The notes beneath the pieces were generated by a model, which had not been told where the DNA came from, made no database searches, and saw only the letters and a program-made list of their open reading frames with translations. The position numbers were made by a program, and so were the translations under genes. Source: Lobosporangium transversale (lineage: Eukaryota). Taken from it: DNA of 64,000 nt. The DNA lies in the NCBI RefSeq assembly GCF_002105155.1, contig NW_019028994.1, forward strand, positions 496,001 to 560,000, in the 5' to 3' direction. Shown here in pieces: positions 63,770 to 64,000 of the stretch (within the stretch, counting starts at the first letter, position 1; each line of letters opens with the position of its first letter).

Positions 63770-64000
63770 GTATGTATTTAGCTCTTGATGGACTGATGGC
63801 TGTTGATATTTTTAATTGACGAAGCTTATTGTCATTCATGACGTCATTGATGTAATTCAAAACAGCTCTTTATGTTTGAGATGTATCATGGCTAAACTAT
63901 CTAACCAGGGGCGGCTTTGGATTTCTTTATAAAAAGAATTTGAAAAGTCGCCCCATGGTTCGTGCCTATACTCTGACTCTCACTGTCCTCTCGCGAGTCT

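Overview
Eukaryotic, intron-rich fungal DNA with abundant homopolymer and microsatellite tracts; gene content points to Mortierellaceae (inference). The window holds three paralogous NLR-like genes (helical N-terminus, NACHT, pentapeptide repeats, WD40) plus two relics of the same family. Housekeeping genes assembled by hand from GT-AG splice sites are RPL36, MPP-beta/MAS1, SDH4-like, an S10 carboxypeptidase and CUE3/ASCC2-like. Also present are a CPA2 antiporter, a signalling mucin, a PY-motif membrane protein, a MYND-finger protein, a biotin-protein-ligase pseudogene fragment, a stand-alone kexin-prodomain-like protein ending in KRDEL, a long-TIR MITE and a Crinkler header. The most striking element is a near-identical 1.43-kb direct repeat (41823-43251, 48299-49736). 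Each copy contains an HDV-like self-cleaving ribozyme fold with all helices paired (42694-42770, 49179-49255). The two copies bracket a six-exon gene for a restriction-endonuclease-like protein and an NLR relic, which suggests a ribozyme-bounded mobile unit of about 6.5 kb.
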